From positions 13,581-77,580 of the forward strand of contig JAUVZD010000007.1 of NCBI GenBank assembly GCA_030602715.1: a stretch of 64,000 bases of DNA. The letters are read 5' to 3'. Made by a program: the position numbers and the translations under genes. This DNA comes from Candidatus Coatesbacteria bacterium. Its GTDB lineage: Bacteria > RBG-13-66-14 > B26-G2 > JAUVZD01. Shown in pieces: positions 27,576 to 37,675 of the stretch. Numbering within the stretch: the stretch's first letter is position 1; each line of letters starts with the position of its first letter. The notes under the pieces are model-generated. The model saw only the letters and a program-made list of their open reading frames with translations, was not told the DNA's origin and ran no database searches.

Positions 27576-28937
27576 TCAATCCCCCATGTACCCAAGCATC
27601 CCCTTGAGCACCACCGCAAGACGCTTCATCTGCCTTCCCCGTTCATACCAGCGAAAAACGGACGGGTCAGCAAAAAACTTCTCTTTTCGCCGGTCGTAAA
27701 AGGAGATAATCGCTTGGGCAATGCCTTCGGTATCCTCGTGGGGAAGAACCCGTCCCGCTCTCAATCTCTCCACCAGCTCCCCTGTCGGCGAGGGGGGAGA
27801 GATGACCAGGATAGGTTTTCCCGCCCGCAGATACTCCGTCGTTTTCAGGGATAGGACTACCTCCCCGGCTCTGCCACGGGGGACGATTAGAAGTAAAAGG
27901 TCGGCGCCCAACATCTCCGAGATAGCCTGAGAATGTCCCACGTGTGGCAGACGCTCAGCCACCCCCTGCCCTTCAAACTCCCCAAAAAGTTCCTCCTCAG
28001 TGATGTCAACAATTCCAACCTGGCGAAAAATTACCCGCCCGCTCAAATCCCCCCTCAACTCCAAAGCACGACGAAGACCTGCCAGAAAATAACCGCCTCC
28101 CCTGCCGGGGTAGAGTGTGCCGGTGTGAACTATCCGAAAACGCCCTTCGGGGTCCTTAGGCGCCGAATCGGCGCAGGCAAAATCCTCTTCATCATATCCG
28201 TTGGGCAAATAGAGCAACTTGCCGGAAAGATGACGCCCATGGTCCTTTAGAAAATCCCGCACCAGAGGGGTGGTTACGGTAATTACCAATGCTGCTTTTC
28301 TTATCAGATACGCTTCAAGCATTGGAGTGAGCAGCAACTCCAGGGGGTGATATTTTACCCGGAAGGGATAGTGGCGCCACAAGTCTCTGAAATCAACGAT
28401 AAGTGGTTTTGCGGTGCGCATGGATAGCATCAGGGCTACAAGTAGATTGGAAGGTGGAGGATGGGTAGCATATATCGCCCGCACCCCATGTTTGCGTATC
28501 GCCTGTAGACCGGCTCTGTAGGCGGAAGGAATCCAGCCCACCACATCATCGGGATAGAGGGCAAATCGCTTGATAATCCTTAGTACACAGATAACCGCCC
28601 GCTTGATGGACGATAACCGCTTTGTTGAATCCCCCCTTCCCCCCTCCATCTTACCCCTTCCAAACCTCTGCCGGGTTGGTATCTTGGGTGAGGGTATGCG
28701 GACAAGGATGCGGGAGAAATCATCCGGCTCCTCACCGGTTAAATCCACAAACCGATAGTCCTTTGAGGTGAGCACCACCGGCAGAAAACCAAGCCTGGAG
28801 AGATACTTCGCCACCTTAACCGTGCGCAGGACGCGCACCCCACCCACTGGAGGATAGAAGTGGGTGACCATCAAGATGGGTATCCTGTGTTTCCCGCTAT
28901 CTTGCATTGAAAGACCCTTTCGCTCTGGAAAGGGCAA
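27576..28937 (-). CDS. Glycosyltransferase family 4 (GT-B fold)
   Basis: N-terminal ILMVTHFYPPVGGV; C-terminal GT1/GT4-like (GKPILVISPP). The start is possibly the M at 28907. Confidence 0.65.
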   Translation of the reverse strand: MPFPERKGLSMQDSGKHRIPILMVTHFYPPVGGVRVLRTVKVAKYLSRLGFLPVVLTSKDYRFVDLTGEEPDDFSRILVRIPSPKIPTRQRFGRGKMEGGRGDSTKRLSSIKRAVICVLRIIKRFALYPDDVVGWIPSAYRAGLQAIRKHGVRAIYATHPPPSNLLVALMLSMRTAKPLIVDFRDLWRHYPFRVKYHPLELLLTPMLEAYLIRKAALVITVTTPLVRDFLKDHGRHLSGKLLYLPNGYDEEDFACADSAPKDPEGRFRIVHTGTLYPGRGGGYFLAGLRRALELRGDLSGRVIFRQVGIVDITEEELFGEFEGQGVAERLPHVGHSQAISEMLGADLLLLIVPRGRAGEVVLSLKTTEYLRAGKPILVISPPSPTGELVERLRAGRVLPHEDTEGIAQAIISFYDRRKEKFFADPSVFRWYERGRQMKRLAVVLKGMLGYMGD

Positions 28938-28966
28938 GGTAAATTCTGCAGGCTCTGCTCCTGTTT

Positions 28967-29620
28967 TTACTGGATTATCTTTGCCAGATCAGCGGCGGTA
29001 GAGCCGGCGTCGGGGGACTTGAATATGGCGCTTCCCACCACCACTATGTCCGTCCCGGCATTCACCACCTCGCGGATGTTGGCGGGATCTATGCCCCCAT
29101 CAACCTGAATCTTGGTATCCAACCCGGCGGCTTCTATTGTCTCCCGCATCTTGACCACCTTGGGCAGGACCGAGGGGATGAACTTCTGACCACCGTAGCC
29201 GGGATTCACCGACATCAGCAGGACCAGGTCAATGTCTGAGAGGATGTGAGCCAGGTTGGTGAGTGGGGTAGCTGGATTCAGTGACACCCCTGCCTTACAA
29301 CCCAGCTCGTGGATATAATTTAACATCCTATGCAGGTGGTAGGTGCACTCCGCATGGATGGTTATCCAATCAGCTCCAGCCTTGGCAAAGAGCGGTATCT
29401 GCTCCTCGGGATTAGCCACCATCAGGTGGCAGTCCAGCTCCAGCTTGGTCTTCTGTCTGAGCCAATACACTGTGGACGAGCCGAAGGTTATCTCCGGCAC
29501 GAAATGACCGTCCATAATATCCAGATGAATCATCTCCACCCCTTCCACCGAAACCTCCTTCAATGCCCCCGCCAGATTGGAAAGGTCCGCGGATAACAGC
29601 GAGGGAGCAAGTATTGCCAT
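28967..29620 (-). CDS. rpe: Ribulose-phosphate 3-epimerase
   Basis: MAILAPSLLSADLSNLAGALKEVSVEGVEMIHLDIMDGHFVPEITFG. Confidence 0.9.
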   Translation of the reverse strand: MAILAPSLLSADLSNLAGALKEVSVEGVEMIHLDIMDGHFVPEITFGSSTVYWLRQKTKLELDCHLMVANPEEQIPLFAKAGADWITIHAECTYHLHRMLNYIHELGCKAGVSLNPATPLTNLAHILSDIDLVLLMSVNPGYGGQKFIPSVLPKVVKMRETIEAAGLDTKIQVDGGIDPANIREVVNAGTDIVVVGSAIFKSPDAGSTAADLAKIIQ

Positions 29621-29670
29621 CGCTCCTCCAATGGGAAGTTAGCACCTCTAATTTTTCCTACCAATTTACG

Positions 29671-29697
29671 AAAAAATCCCCCTTTTTGCAAGGGGGA
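29671..29697 (-). terminator. Rho-independent terminator downstream of the PASTA-domain gene
   Basis: On the minus strand: TCCCCCTT-gcaaa-AAGGGGGA followed by TTTTTT. Confidence 0.6.
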
Positions 29698-29751
29698 AGT
29701 TGACAACACAAGGGAAAAATTTTCCATTGGCGCCTCTACTGCAAGTGAAAC

Positions 29752-30537
29752 CTACTCCGATATCACCACATTGACCTTGTCGCCCTTCCTGGTCTGTGAA
29801 CCCATAGGTGGATTCTGGCGCACCACCTTGCCCGGGGGAACATCCGGATGGGGCTCCTTAATTACCTCACCCAAAAGCAGACCGAACTCCGCCAAGTGCT
29901 TCTGAGCGGAGCTAACATCCAAGCCGACCACTGAGGGCACCAAGATAGTCGCTTTCTCCGAGCCCAGACTGACCAACAGGTCTATCTTTCCACCTCTGGC
30001 GATGGTCTGGTGCGGTTCCGGCGTCTGGGATATGATGCCTCCTTCCGGCACCGCCTCGTCGTGCACCTCGCTTATGTCGCCGATGGAGAGACCCAGCTTG
30101 GAAAGAACAATCTCAGCCTGGCGCACCGAACGACCGCTCAGGTCGGGGATATGCACCAGACCGGTGCCGGAGCTTATCTTCAATTTGATTTTCCGTCCCT
30201 CACGCACCGTCATACCCGCAGCCGGCGACTGCTCAACCACATAGCCCACCGGCAGGTTGGAGTCCACCTCCCCGGCGCTCTCCGCCAGCAGATTGTGGCT
30301 CATCAGTATCTGCTCCGCCTCCTCATAGGTAAGACCGACCACCTCCGGCACCTCCACATCCTGACCACGGCGCATATAGCAGGAGCCGATGCCGAAAACC
30401 ACCAGCAGGTAACTGCCCACCATCACCAAGACGCAGATGACCAGCCATTTTACCGGCCCATACCATTTCTTCTCTGCAAGAGAGCCTCCCTTGCGCTCTA
30501 TCTTCCGCTTACTACCGGAAAGGTCTATCTCCGCCAT
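29752..30537 (-). CDS. Membrane-anchored PASTA-domain protein (three PASTA repeats)
   Basis: An N-terminal TM helix, then repeated PASTA units (VPEVVGLTYEEAEQIL..., IPDLSGRSVRQAEIVL..., VPSVVGLDVSSAQKHL...). Confidence 0.7.
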   Translation of the reverse strand: MAEIDLSGSKRKIERKGGSLAEKKWYGPVKWLVICVLVMVGSYLLVVFGIGSCYMRRGQDVEVPEVVGLTYEEAEQILMSHNLLAESAGEVDSNLPVGYVVEQSPAAGMTVREGRKIKLKISSGTGLVHIPDLSGRSVRQAEIVLSKLGLSIGDISEVHDEAVPEGGIISQTPEPHQTIARGGKIDLLVSLGSEKATILVPSVVGLDVSSAQKHLAEFGLLLGEVIKEPHPDVPPGKVVRQNPPMGSQTRKGDKVNVVISE

Positions 30538-30726
30538 CTACGTAGCCTTCCTCAGGGGAAATTTATTGAAAAATATCTCCCAGATGATACAAAATGTGGG
30601 GCAAATTTTCCAGTATTATTTTTAATTCTTGACTCAGAGGGGAAGACCACATACCAGCACAGGTCCGGTAAAATCTGCAAAAGGCACACTCACTACCGTC
30701 AGATAATTTCACCCGGACAACCAATA

Positions 30727-32094
30727 TCACTCATGCCGGAGTAGGCATAGATAAGTCCCGTCTCCCCCCAACATTCCCGGAAAGATAGTAATCCCCTCCT
30801 CCCACGGCAACTCCGGATAGAGCTCAAAAAGCTCCGCCACCCTCCTTTGAGGCTCAACCAGTGAAAATTTATCGTTTTCCGAAAGGAAACTCTCCACCAC
30901 CCCCCAATTCTCCCTCTTACAAATTGTGCATGTGGAATAGACACACTCACCGCCGGAAGGGAGCACACCAGCCGCTTGCTGTAATAGTTCCAATTGAAGT
31001 TTTGCCATTTGCTCTATATCCTCAGCCTTTAGCCGCCACCTTGCCTCCGGATGCCTGCGCAGAACACCCAGGTTGGAACAGGGAACATCCAGCAGGACCT
31101 TATCGGTATGGAGGACGGGGCTAGCCAAGCCGTCGGCGCAGACGGGGAATATATTGGCAATCCCCAAACGACGGCAGTTCTCCAAAAGCATACCCAGTTT
31201 GGTGAGGTTGCGGTCGCCGGCAACCACCACCGCATCAGGTGCCAACTCCGCCAGTTGGGTCGCTTTCCCCCCCAAGCCGGCACAGGGCTCAAACAGCACG
31301 CTAGCACCCTCCCCGGCTAAAAGCATTGCCGCCAACATCGCCGAGCTGTCCTGAATATAGAAGTAGCCCTGTTTATAGAGCTCGCTTGCGCATAGCCTTC
31401 CGGCGGAAGCGGATACAGTAAGTGCAAAAGACAAGCCCTTCACAGGACCGGCTTTTATTCCCTCATCCGCCAGAAGTTTCATCAGCTCCTCAGCGTCAAC
31501 CTTGGTGCGATTGGCTCTTATTGTAAGGGGCGCCTCCTGATTGTTGGCGGCGCAGAGCTTGCGGGTCGCTTCCTCACCCAGCTCCTCCATCCACATCTCC
31601 ACCAACCAGCGAGGATGGGAATGAAAGGCGCTGATATAGCCCGCTGGGTCGGTGGAAGCGTTGGGCCATTCAATCTTATTCCACTCCCCGACCAAGCGGC
31701 GCAGGACGGCGTTGACCACGCCTGCACCTCGGGGAGCGGTCTCCCTCACCGCCTGCACGGTCTCGTCCAAAGCCGCATAAGCGGGGGTGTTCAGGTGAGT
31801 CAATTGATACAAACCCAAGCGGAGGGCGTTGCGTGCCGTCGGATGAAGCCGACGGAGGGGCTTATCCAGGAAGGGGGTGATGATGTAGTCTAGATAGCCC
31901 CTGAAGCGCAGGACTCCATAGACCAGCTCGGTCAATAGTGCGGAGTCCGACGGGGACAATGCCTCCCCGGTCAAAGCCCCGTCCAGCAGACGGGCGGCGT
32001 ATGCTCCCGCTTCCACTCGGGTCAATAGCTGGAGCGCTAAAAAGCGGACTTTTCCCTTGGGAAGCGGTGAAACTTTATGAGGGGATGAAAGCAT
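30727..32094 (-). CDS. rsmB: 16S rRNA (cytosine-C5) methyltransferase RsmB/Sun family
   Basis: NusB-like N-terminal domain plus a SAM-MTase with an FYIQDSSAML motif and the catalytic region DVPCSNLGVLRRHPE. Confidence 0.8.
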   Translation of the reverse strand: MLSSPHKVSPLPKGKVRFLALQLLTRVEAGAYAARLLDGALTGEALSPSDSALLTELVYGVLRFRGYLDYIITPFLDKPLRRLHPTARNALRLGLYQLTHLNTPAYAALDETVQAVRETAPRGAGVVNAVLRRLVGEWNKIEWPNASTDPAGYISAFHSHPRWLVEMWMEELGEEATRKLCAANNQEAPLTIRANRTKVDAEELMKLLADEGIKAGPVKGLSFALTVSASAGRLCASELYKQGYFYIQDSSAMLAAMLLAGEGASVLFEPCAGLGGKATQLAELAPDAVVVAGDRNLTKLGMLLENCRRLGIANIFPVCADGLASPVLHTDKVLLDVPCSNLGVLRRHPEARWRLKAEDIEQMAKLQLELLQQAAGVLPSGGECVYSTCTICKRENWGVVESFLSENDKFSLVEPQRRVAELFELYPELPWEEGITIFPGMLGGDGTYLCLLRHE

Positions 32095-32254
32095 CTTAGC
32101 TTGATAATAAACTCACCCCACCACCAGGTCAAGGGGAAAGGGATAAGGGGGAAAAATCCGCTTGAAACGGTTTGAATAATCCCATAAATCTCTTTTTACC
32201 CATATTTATAAAAATGGAACCACATAGAATCTCCGCACCCAAGTGTTTTTGTCC

Positions 32255-32282
32255 TTGAAATATCTCCCTGCTTTTGTATAAT
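32255..32282 (+). promoter_or_regulatory. Sigma70-type promoter (TTGAAA-16-TATAAT) about 300 nt upstream of the T9SS peptidase gene
   Basis: TTGAAA at 32255-32260 and TATAAT at 32277-32282. Confidence 0.45.
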
Positions 32283-32578
32283 ATCAGCAATTATTCACCT
32301 ATTCGTTCTTCTCAAGTAGAACGACTTTGTGCACAACGAAAAGGCTGAGAGACTGGCAACTGTTTCATTAGCTAAGTTAGTAAGTTCTCTGGTCAATTCC
32401 AAAGCCCGGGCACATAGACTGCTAAATTATATAGAGCACAAATTAATGGTGAACTTTGATAAATAACTCTCCGGTTTGAGCGAACCGGTTTGGAGTAATA
32501 ACTATCTGCAATAATTTGGATGCCATGCGGCAAAAAAAATCGCTATCAATTTAACCATAAACCCCATCAAAGGAAGAA

Positions 32579-35296
32579 ATGATGAAAAGTTATCTGGCGA
32601 CAATTATTCTAGTTTTGTTCGCCGCCTCCTCTGCCTGGTCGGTAACCTTTGACCAAGCCACGGATATAGTCATCTCCGAGGTCTGTCTGGGCAACCTGGA
32701 GGATACCCGCCTTTCTACAATTGAAGGGATTCAGGAGCAAGGCACTATCATAAGTTCTTTCTCAGACGAAGTTATGGTGCCCTTCAACTCCTATCTCTTC
32801 ATCGTGGACCGGATGCCTGACGCCAACTGGGAGCACCCCTGCCAGTGGGTCTTTGTGGATGTAGCAAGCGGGGAGTTTGCGGTATTTGATATGTTGTCCC
32901 CACCCGGAATACTGTTGATGACAATCATCCACGAACCGCTGGATTTATCAAGTATCGGCGAATATTCCTACGAGAAGATCATTGAGCGCATCCGTGAGGA
33001 GCAGATCAAGATATTCGGGGCGGAAAGCTATGACTTTGACCACAGTCAGCTCAAAGGACAGCGCTACGCCCTGCTCATTGACGGCGGATACGCCCTTTCC
33101 AGCAACTACATCCGCTACTGGGACGATATCGCCTTCATCTACCGAGCCCTGGTCAACTACTACGGCTACGACGAGGACAACGAGATAACCGTCTGCATGT
33201 CCGACGGGGACAACCCCGCTAATGACCGCAACCGCTGGCCCTATTCCGGCTACGACAGCTCACCTACCGACCTGGACGACGACGGAGACCAGGACTATTC
33301 CCTGGACGCCACCCGCTCAACCATCCTCAGCCAACTACAATGGTTGGTTGACAACACCACCGCAGACGACCAGGTCTTCATCTTCACCACCGACCACGGG
33401 GCAAGCGACGGTAGTCTCTGCCTGTGGAATCAACAGTCCCTCTACCCCAATGAATTTGCCGACTATGTTGAAGATATGCCCGCCGAGGTGGTTATCTGCA
33501 CCTTTGAACAATGTTATTCCGGAGCCTTCCCCGACGCCCTGGCTGACGTTGAGGGCTGTATCAGTTGTTCGGCGGTGGATGCTTACCACTCCTCATACGC
33601 CATGGGTCCCGAATATCTCTTTGATACCTTCGTCTTCCATTGGACCTGTGCGGTGAACTGGGCGGAACCCGATTTTGAGGGCTACGACAGCGACCCCATT
33701 GACGCCGACGAAGACGACTCCGGCGAGGTGGAGATGGACGAAGCTTTTGACTATGCCGACTTACACGACACCGACGACTTTGGCTCTCAGTATCAGGACC
33801 CCTCCGAAATAGGCGATGTGACCACCCTCTGGGGTAACACCACCGGCATAAATATCTCCATCACCGACTGGCAGCTCACCGAGACCTCCGGCGACGGCGA
33901 CGGAATTATTGAACCCGGGGAGAGCTACGACCTCACTCCCTATCTGTATAACGGTGGGTCGGCGACCGCCACCGGGGTTGACCTGATTCTGAGCAGTGAC
34001 AGCTCCGATTTAGACATAGATACCGCCACCACTACCTGCCCGGATATCCCCCCGGATACCACCCAGCATCCATCCGTCCCCCTGGCTTTCACCATCCACG
34101 GGGATGTGGACCACAACATACACATTGACTTCAACCTCAATGTCAACACCGACGAGGGCTATGACAAAGACTTCGCCTATCAGATAGGCGTAGTAACCGA
34201 CTACGGTTTCCGTGACTTCGTGGAGAGCGGTGAGGGCTACTGGGAACATGAGGGCGACCACGACCAGTGGCATATCTCCGACACCGCATACTACAGCCCC
34301 ACTCATTGCTGGCGGTGCGGGGATACCGAAGGAACAGGCTACGACAACAATATGGACGCCCACCTCTACAGTCCGTTAATCTTCGTAACCGACGACCCAA
34401 AAGAGACCCCCTACCTCTCCTTCTGGCACCAGTGGGGTATGTATTCAAGTTCCGACGAGTGCTATCTGTTGATTGATGACGGCAGTGGCTTTGTGGAGCT
34501 GGACAACTTCACCGGCGACAGCGGCTCCAACTGGGAAGAGGAGACCTACGACTTGACCGCATACACCGACACTCTGGTTCAGCTGGATTTCAACATGGTA
34601 ACCAACGCTTCGGGGAACGACGAACTGGGCTGGAATGTGGACAACATCATCGTGACCCCCAATCCGTATGTCGGTATAAACGTCTATAACTTCATCACCC
34701 TCTGCGAGGACGGGAAAGTCATCGTCACCTGGCAGTCTCTTGAGGACGTGGGGATAATCGGCTTCAACCTCTATCGCCGAGAGGCAAGCGATACCCTCAA
34801 CCAGAAAACCAATCTCACCGCTTCTCCTGAGGGAATGAACAGCCCGGCAAGTATAATCAACGACTGGCAGAAGCTGAACCAGTCCTTGATTACCGGCACA
34901 AATCCCTATCACTTCGTAGATGAGGATGTAATCCTGGACGTTACCTACCAATACCGTCTGGAAGCGGTCTATGGCGACCACAGCCAGAATGAAGCCGGCT
35001 CCACCATCACCGTTCAGGACCAGACCCAGCCCTTCAGTTATCATCTGGCGCAGAGTTATCCCAACCCCACCACTGGACACCTGACCATAGAATACGCCAT
35101 TCCGGAGAGCGGTGCGGTCTCCCTCAAGGTCTATAACCTGAGCGGTCAGTTGATAGACATTCTGGTTGATGAGCACCAACTGCCCGGCATCTACTCGGTA
35201 AAATGGAACGCCCGGGACCTGGCAAGCGGAGTTTATATCTACACCCTCTCCGCCGGCAATTTCCTCAGCTCCAAGAGACTGGTCTTAAGCAAGTAG
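32579..35296 (+). CDS. Secreted legumain-like (peptidase C13 / clan CD) protease with a type IX secretion C-terminal sorting domain
   Basis: Signal peptide. A His motif VFIFTTDHGASDGSL and a Cys motif VVICTFEQCYSGAF resemble legumain DHG / EACESG. The last ~85 aa match the T9SS type-A CTD (SYPNPTTGHLTIEYAIPESGAVSLKVYNLSGQLIDIL...SGVYIYTL). Confidence 0.7.
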   Translation: MMKSYLATIILVLFAASSAWSVTFDQATDIVISEVCLGNLEDTRLSTIEGIQEQGTIISSFSDEVMVPFNSYLFIVDRMPDANWEHPCQWVFVDVASGEFAVFDMLSPPGILLMTIIHEPLDLSSIGEYSYEKIIERIREEQIKIFGAESYDFDHSQLKGQRYALLIDGGYALSSNYIRYWDDIAFIYRALVNYYGYDEDNEITVCMSDGDNPANDRNRWPYSGYDSSPTDLDDDGDQDYSLDATRSTILSQLQWLVDNTTADDQVFIFTTDHGASDGSLCLWNQQSLYPNEFADYVEDMPAEVVICTFEQCYSGAFPDALADVEGCISCSAVDAYHSSYAMGPEYLFDTFVFHWTCAVNWAEPDFEGYDSDPIDADEDDSGEVEMDEAFDYADLHDTDDFGSQYQDPSEIGDVTTLWGNTTGINISITDWQLTETSGDGDGIIEPGESYDLTPYLYNGGSATATGVDLILSSDSSDLDIDTATTTCPDIPPDTTQHPSVPLAFTIHGDVDHNIHIDFNLNVNTDEGYDKDFAYQIGVVTDYGFRDFVESGEGYWEHEGDHDQWHISDTAYYSPTHCWRCGDTEGTGYDNNMDAHLYSPLIFVTDDPKETPYLSFWHQWGMYSSSDECYLLIDDGSGFVELDNFTGDSGSNWEEETYDLTAYTDTLVQLDFNMVTNASGNDELGWNVDNIIVTPNPYVGINVYNFITLCEDGKVIVTWQSLEDVGIIGFNLYRREASDTLNQKTNLTASPEGMNSPASIINDWQKLNQSLITGTNPYHFVDEDVILDVTYQYRLEAVYGDHSQNEAGSTITVQDQTQPFSYHLAQSYPNPTTGHLTIEYAIPESGAVSLKVYNLSGQLIDILVDEHQLPGIYSVKWNARDLASGVYIYTLSAGNFLSSKRLVLSK

Positions 35297-35541
35297 CGGA
35301 TACAGCGTTTTAACAGCACATTCATCCCGCCCCCTTTTGGGGCGGGATTTTTCATAAGAATTTTGGAGATGAGATCTCTGATTTTTCAAAGACCCTTTAA
35401 AGCTATTCTGTTTTACTCCTCCAAACTCCTAAGCAAATTATGGATGCAAACAGAGTTCTTATTCTTGACATATTTTCCAGTGTGTGATAAAATTATAAAG
35501 TAATTAAGAGGAAATTAATCTAATATTAAGATGCACAAAAT

Positions 35542-36525
35542 ATGAGGTTAATCGTGTCTAATAAAAGGACAATAATTCTCTTATCCCTGTGTGCAATAAT
35601 TATTGCGACAATTCTTCTCACCTCCTGCGATGAACAAGGAACGCCGAACAATTATATCGTTCCAATAATTGACGATTCATATAATTGTGAATATTTGCGT
35701 TGGTCTCCTGATGGGAGTAAAATCGGATTCTGGGGTGATAACGGTTTTAGTCCTGAATTTTTTATCTGGGATAAAGAAGAAGGGAATGTAATTAAGCTGG
35801 AATTATATGGACCAGCCATTGATTCTACTCCTTTTGATATAGAATATATTTCAGGATTAGCTTGGACGTTAGATGGAGAATATCTGCTGTGTTCTGTAAA
35901 AATAGATGATTATAAAAGCTTTAAGGAGCTCTGGCAGGTTTCCATTGCTGATGGTTACTCCGAGAAGATAGAAATGCCTCAAGGTCAACAACCCAGTTAT
36001 CCTGAGGTATCCCCGGATGGAGAATGGTTGACCTATTCAATCAAAGAAAACGAAATGTGGAACATCTGGAAGGTAGCAATTCAATCAGGGATGCCCATAA
36101 CCACCATTGGTGTGCCGATTAAAATTACTTTCGATGGCGGCGGTTTGTCACGCTGGTCCCCGGATGGATCAAAATTTGCGTATTATGGTAACTACTATAC
36201 TCAGTATTCATGTCTCTACACTATACCAGTTTCTGGGGGTGAACCAACAATAATCACCCCTTTCGATTTTAAAGTCCGTGAGTGGTTAACATGGTCTCCG
36301 GACGGGGACTGGTTGGTTTATTGTTATAACCAACATTATGGCCCAATGGAGTTGTGGAAGATACCCTCAGTTGGCGGAACACCCCAGCAAATTACGGAGT
36401 TCGAAGAAGAATCCCAAATATTTTATGGAGATTCTTGCCCAGATTGGTCTCCTGATGGCGAGTGGATAGCTTTTATAAGTGACGGTAGAAATTATGGGTC
36501 TGTATTCTTGATAAAGATGCAATAG
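35542..36525 (+). CDS. Lipoprotein with WD40-like (PD40/TolB-type) beta-propeller repeats
   Basis: Lipobox LLTSC. Five WSPDG(S/E/D) repeats. The gene is AT-rich (~37% GC). Confidence 0.65.
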   Translation: MRLIVSNKRTIILLSLCAIIIATILLTSCDEQGTPNNYIVPIIDDSYNCEYLRWSPDGSKIGFWGDNGFSPEFFIWDKEEGNVIKLELYGPAIDSTPFDIEYISGLAWTLDGEYLLCSVKIDDYKSFKELWQVSIADGYSEKIEMPQGQQPSYPEVSPDGEWLTYSIKENEMWNIWKVAIQSGMPITTIGVPIKITFDGGGLSRWSPDGSKFAYYGNYYTQYSCLYTIPVSGGEPTIITPFDFKVREWLTWSPDGDWLVYCYNQHYGPMELWKIPSVGGTPQQITEFEEESQIFYGDSCPDWSPDGEWIAFISDGRNYGSVFLIKMQ

Positions 36526-36701
36526 ACCATCAAAATAAACAAAAAAATTCTCCCCCCGCAAAATCAGCTTGTGGGGTTTTTTTGCTTCAGATTATCCCCC
36601 TCTCCAAAAACATCCTCATAGCCACCAACTCCACCATCCACTTGACATCCCCCCCAAAAGAGTTATAATTCATACAATTACACCTTAAAAAGGAGCACAC
36701 T

Positions 36702-37424
36702 TTGACCAGGATAACCTCCCTTGCAGGGACCGTCCTACTTCTGCTCTCCGCCCTCTCCTATTCCGCGCCCCCGCTGGTCGTCGTCCTCTATTCAACCGCA
36801 GTCTGGGGACCACACTGCCCAAAGACCGAGAACGCCTGCTCCGCCATCCTTAACGAGCTGGGCGAGGAGCGCTTCTGCCCCTTAGCCCTGCACATCGGCG
36901 ATGAATTCTACACTTCGGCTGTGGACCGGTGGGTGGAACATTATCAAGTTGAGTACATTCCCGCCCCGGTGCTGGACGGCTCCTACGATGTCAACCGTGG
37001 TATAGACTACGACGCCCTCCTCCCCCTGGTGGAGAAACGCCTGCTGGAGGAAAGACCTATCGCCCTGGAAATTGACGGGGAGATAGCCGAAGAGGGTGAC
37101 AGTGTAAATGTAACCGTCTCCATCACCCCGGAGGTGGAATCATTTTTCAAAGAGGAGGACTCAGAAAAATTGACCCTGGTGGTTTTCCTGCGGGAGGATG
37201 GTCTCTATTTTACCGGGGTCACGCACCAGTTCATCTGCCGGGACCTGTATATGGAGGAGGTAACCATCGTCTCACACAACCAGACCACAACCGTGGAGCA
37301 CAGCTTCCCCCTGGCAAAGGACTGGAGCAAGTCAAATTTAAGCGTGGGGGCGTTTATCCAGGACTTTACCAAGCCCCTGCAAGAATATAGCGTGTATAAC
37401 GGTGCTTTTGACGACGATCTCTAG
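36702..37424 (+). CDS. Hypothetical secreted protein
   Basis: Signal peptide MTRITSLAGTVLLLLSALSYSAPP. No recognised domain. Confidence 0.45.
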   Translation: MTRITSLAGTVLLLLSALSYSAPPLVVVLYSTAVWGPHCPKTENACSAILNELGEERFCPLALHIGDEFYTSAVDRWVEHYQVEYIPAPVLDGSYDVNRGIDYDALLPLVEKRLLEERPIALEIDGEIAEEGDSVNVTVSITPEVESFFKEEDSEKLTLVVFLREDGLYFTGVTHQFICRDLYMEEVTIVSHNQTTTVEHSFPLAKDWSKSNLSVGAFIQDFTKPLQEYSVYNGAFDDDL

Positions 37425-37441
37425 CAGCATCTCTAATCTGT

Positions 37442-37675
37442 ATGGAGGTCTTACCAGGTATGAACATCAAGAAAAACCCCAATCACAGACTATATATTCA
37501 AGTGCTGAGGCAGATGTCGCCCGAGCAAAGGTTGCTCAAGGCATTTGAGTTGTCCGAATTTTCCAAGGAGCTCTTTATCCATGGATTGCATAAAAGATTC
37601 CCCCATCTTTCCGATGAAGAATTCAACAAATTGCTACTGGAGCGATTGGATAAATGTCACAACAGGAACTATTAA
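37442..37675 (+). CDS. Small protein (77 aa), putative partner or antitoxin of the downstream nucleotidyltransferase
   Basis: Its last 22 nt overlap the start of the next ORF. Basic/helical. The patch is lower in GC (~42%). Confidence 0.4.
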   Translation: MEVLPGMNIKKNPNHRLYIQVLRQMSPEQRLLKAFELSEFSKELFIHGLHKRFPHLSDEEFNKLLLERLDKCHNRNY

